This document shows positions 63,422-64,000 of a stretch of 64,000 bases of DNA, piece by piece. Under the pieces are notes generated by a model. The model did not search any database and had not been told where the DNA came from. It worked only from the letters and a program-made list of their open reading frames with translations. Each line of letters opens with the position of its first letter. Positions within the stretch are counted from its first letter, which is position 1. The position numbers and the translations under genes were made by a program. This DNA is from Octopus vulgaris. Taxonomy: Eukaryota. The stretch spans positions 70,742,001 through 70,806,000 of the forward strand of contig OX597814.1 of the NCBI GenBank assembly GCA_951406725.2, read 5' to 3'.

Positions 63422-64000
63422 TAATTTTGGAGTTTAATCGCATACACAACGATCCCAGCTGCTAACCATGAACTATAAGTTAACTTTTTCAGCTCATCGA
63501 ACTTTAATATGGGAAAAATTTACAACTTTCTACGTCAATAAACCACTATTGTTCCTAAAAGTTGCTATTTATACCTTCAATGACTGCTCAAAGCTTGCTA
63601 GTGTCCTACACCTTGATCCTTGGATCTTACCATTACATATTACAACGCGCGCGCGCGTGTAATCAGAATTTTAAATTTTCTATTTTCGGACGGTAATGTA
63701 ATTTGAACTATGAGACAAATATTTAAAAGATGCCATGAAAAGGTTTGAATTTCAAATGAAATTTGTCGGTTAGAGAGGAAACTAGAAAAAAAAAGAATAA
63801 GTGAAAATGTCCGTATTGAAAAAAAACAATATAAATATGTATAAAATTGCCTTCGTTTTATCGCACTTCTCATCGTACATTTAAGTAGTATCTAGTGTGT
63901 GTGTGTGTGTGTACAAAGATTATATAATTATATAAATAAGTGAAGTTTTGAGTGTATTTCTGTCAAAGGTTTAAAAATTAAACAAAAACGTTTAGTTGTG

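Overview
Eukaryotic, AT-rich, microsatellite-laden DNA made almost entirely of transposable elements. The SINE, LINE and Penelope repertoire suggests a cephalopod such as Octopus (inference). No host gene is recognisable, and most short ORFs in the track are microsatellite or antisense artefacts. Contents: many Penelope-like elements (PLEs, including Naiad-type RT and GIY-YIG pieces) carrying about 9 intact and several degenerate type-I hammerhead ribozymes (HHRs), most with greatly extended stem II; a non-coding ~594-bp HHR repeat whose inversion junction falls at the predicted ribozyme cleavage site; a full-length CR1-group LINE with a Myb/SANT+CCCH ORF1, an ORF2 with no upstream ATG and a 5' monomer array; truncated or inverted CR1 copies; R4/Dong-like RLE retrotransposons in (TTA)n; a head-to-tail Helitron dimer and an internally deleted Helitron; an IR/DR Tc1; Chapaev3-, mariner- and Merlin-like remnants; several SINEs; and a tRNA-Lys 3' half fused to a LINE tail. 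All coordinates were read by eye and boundaries are approximate.
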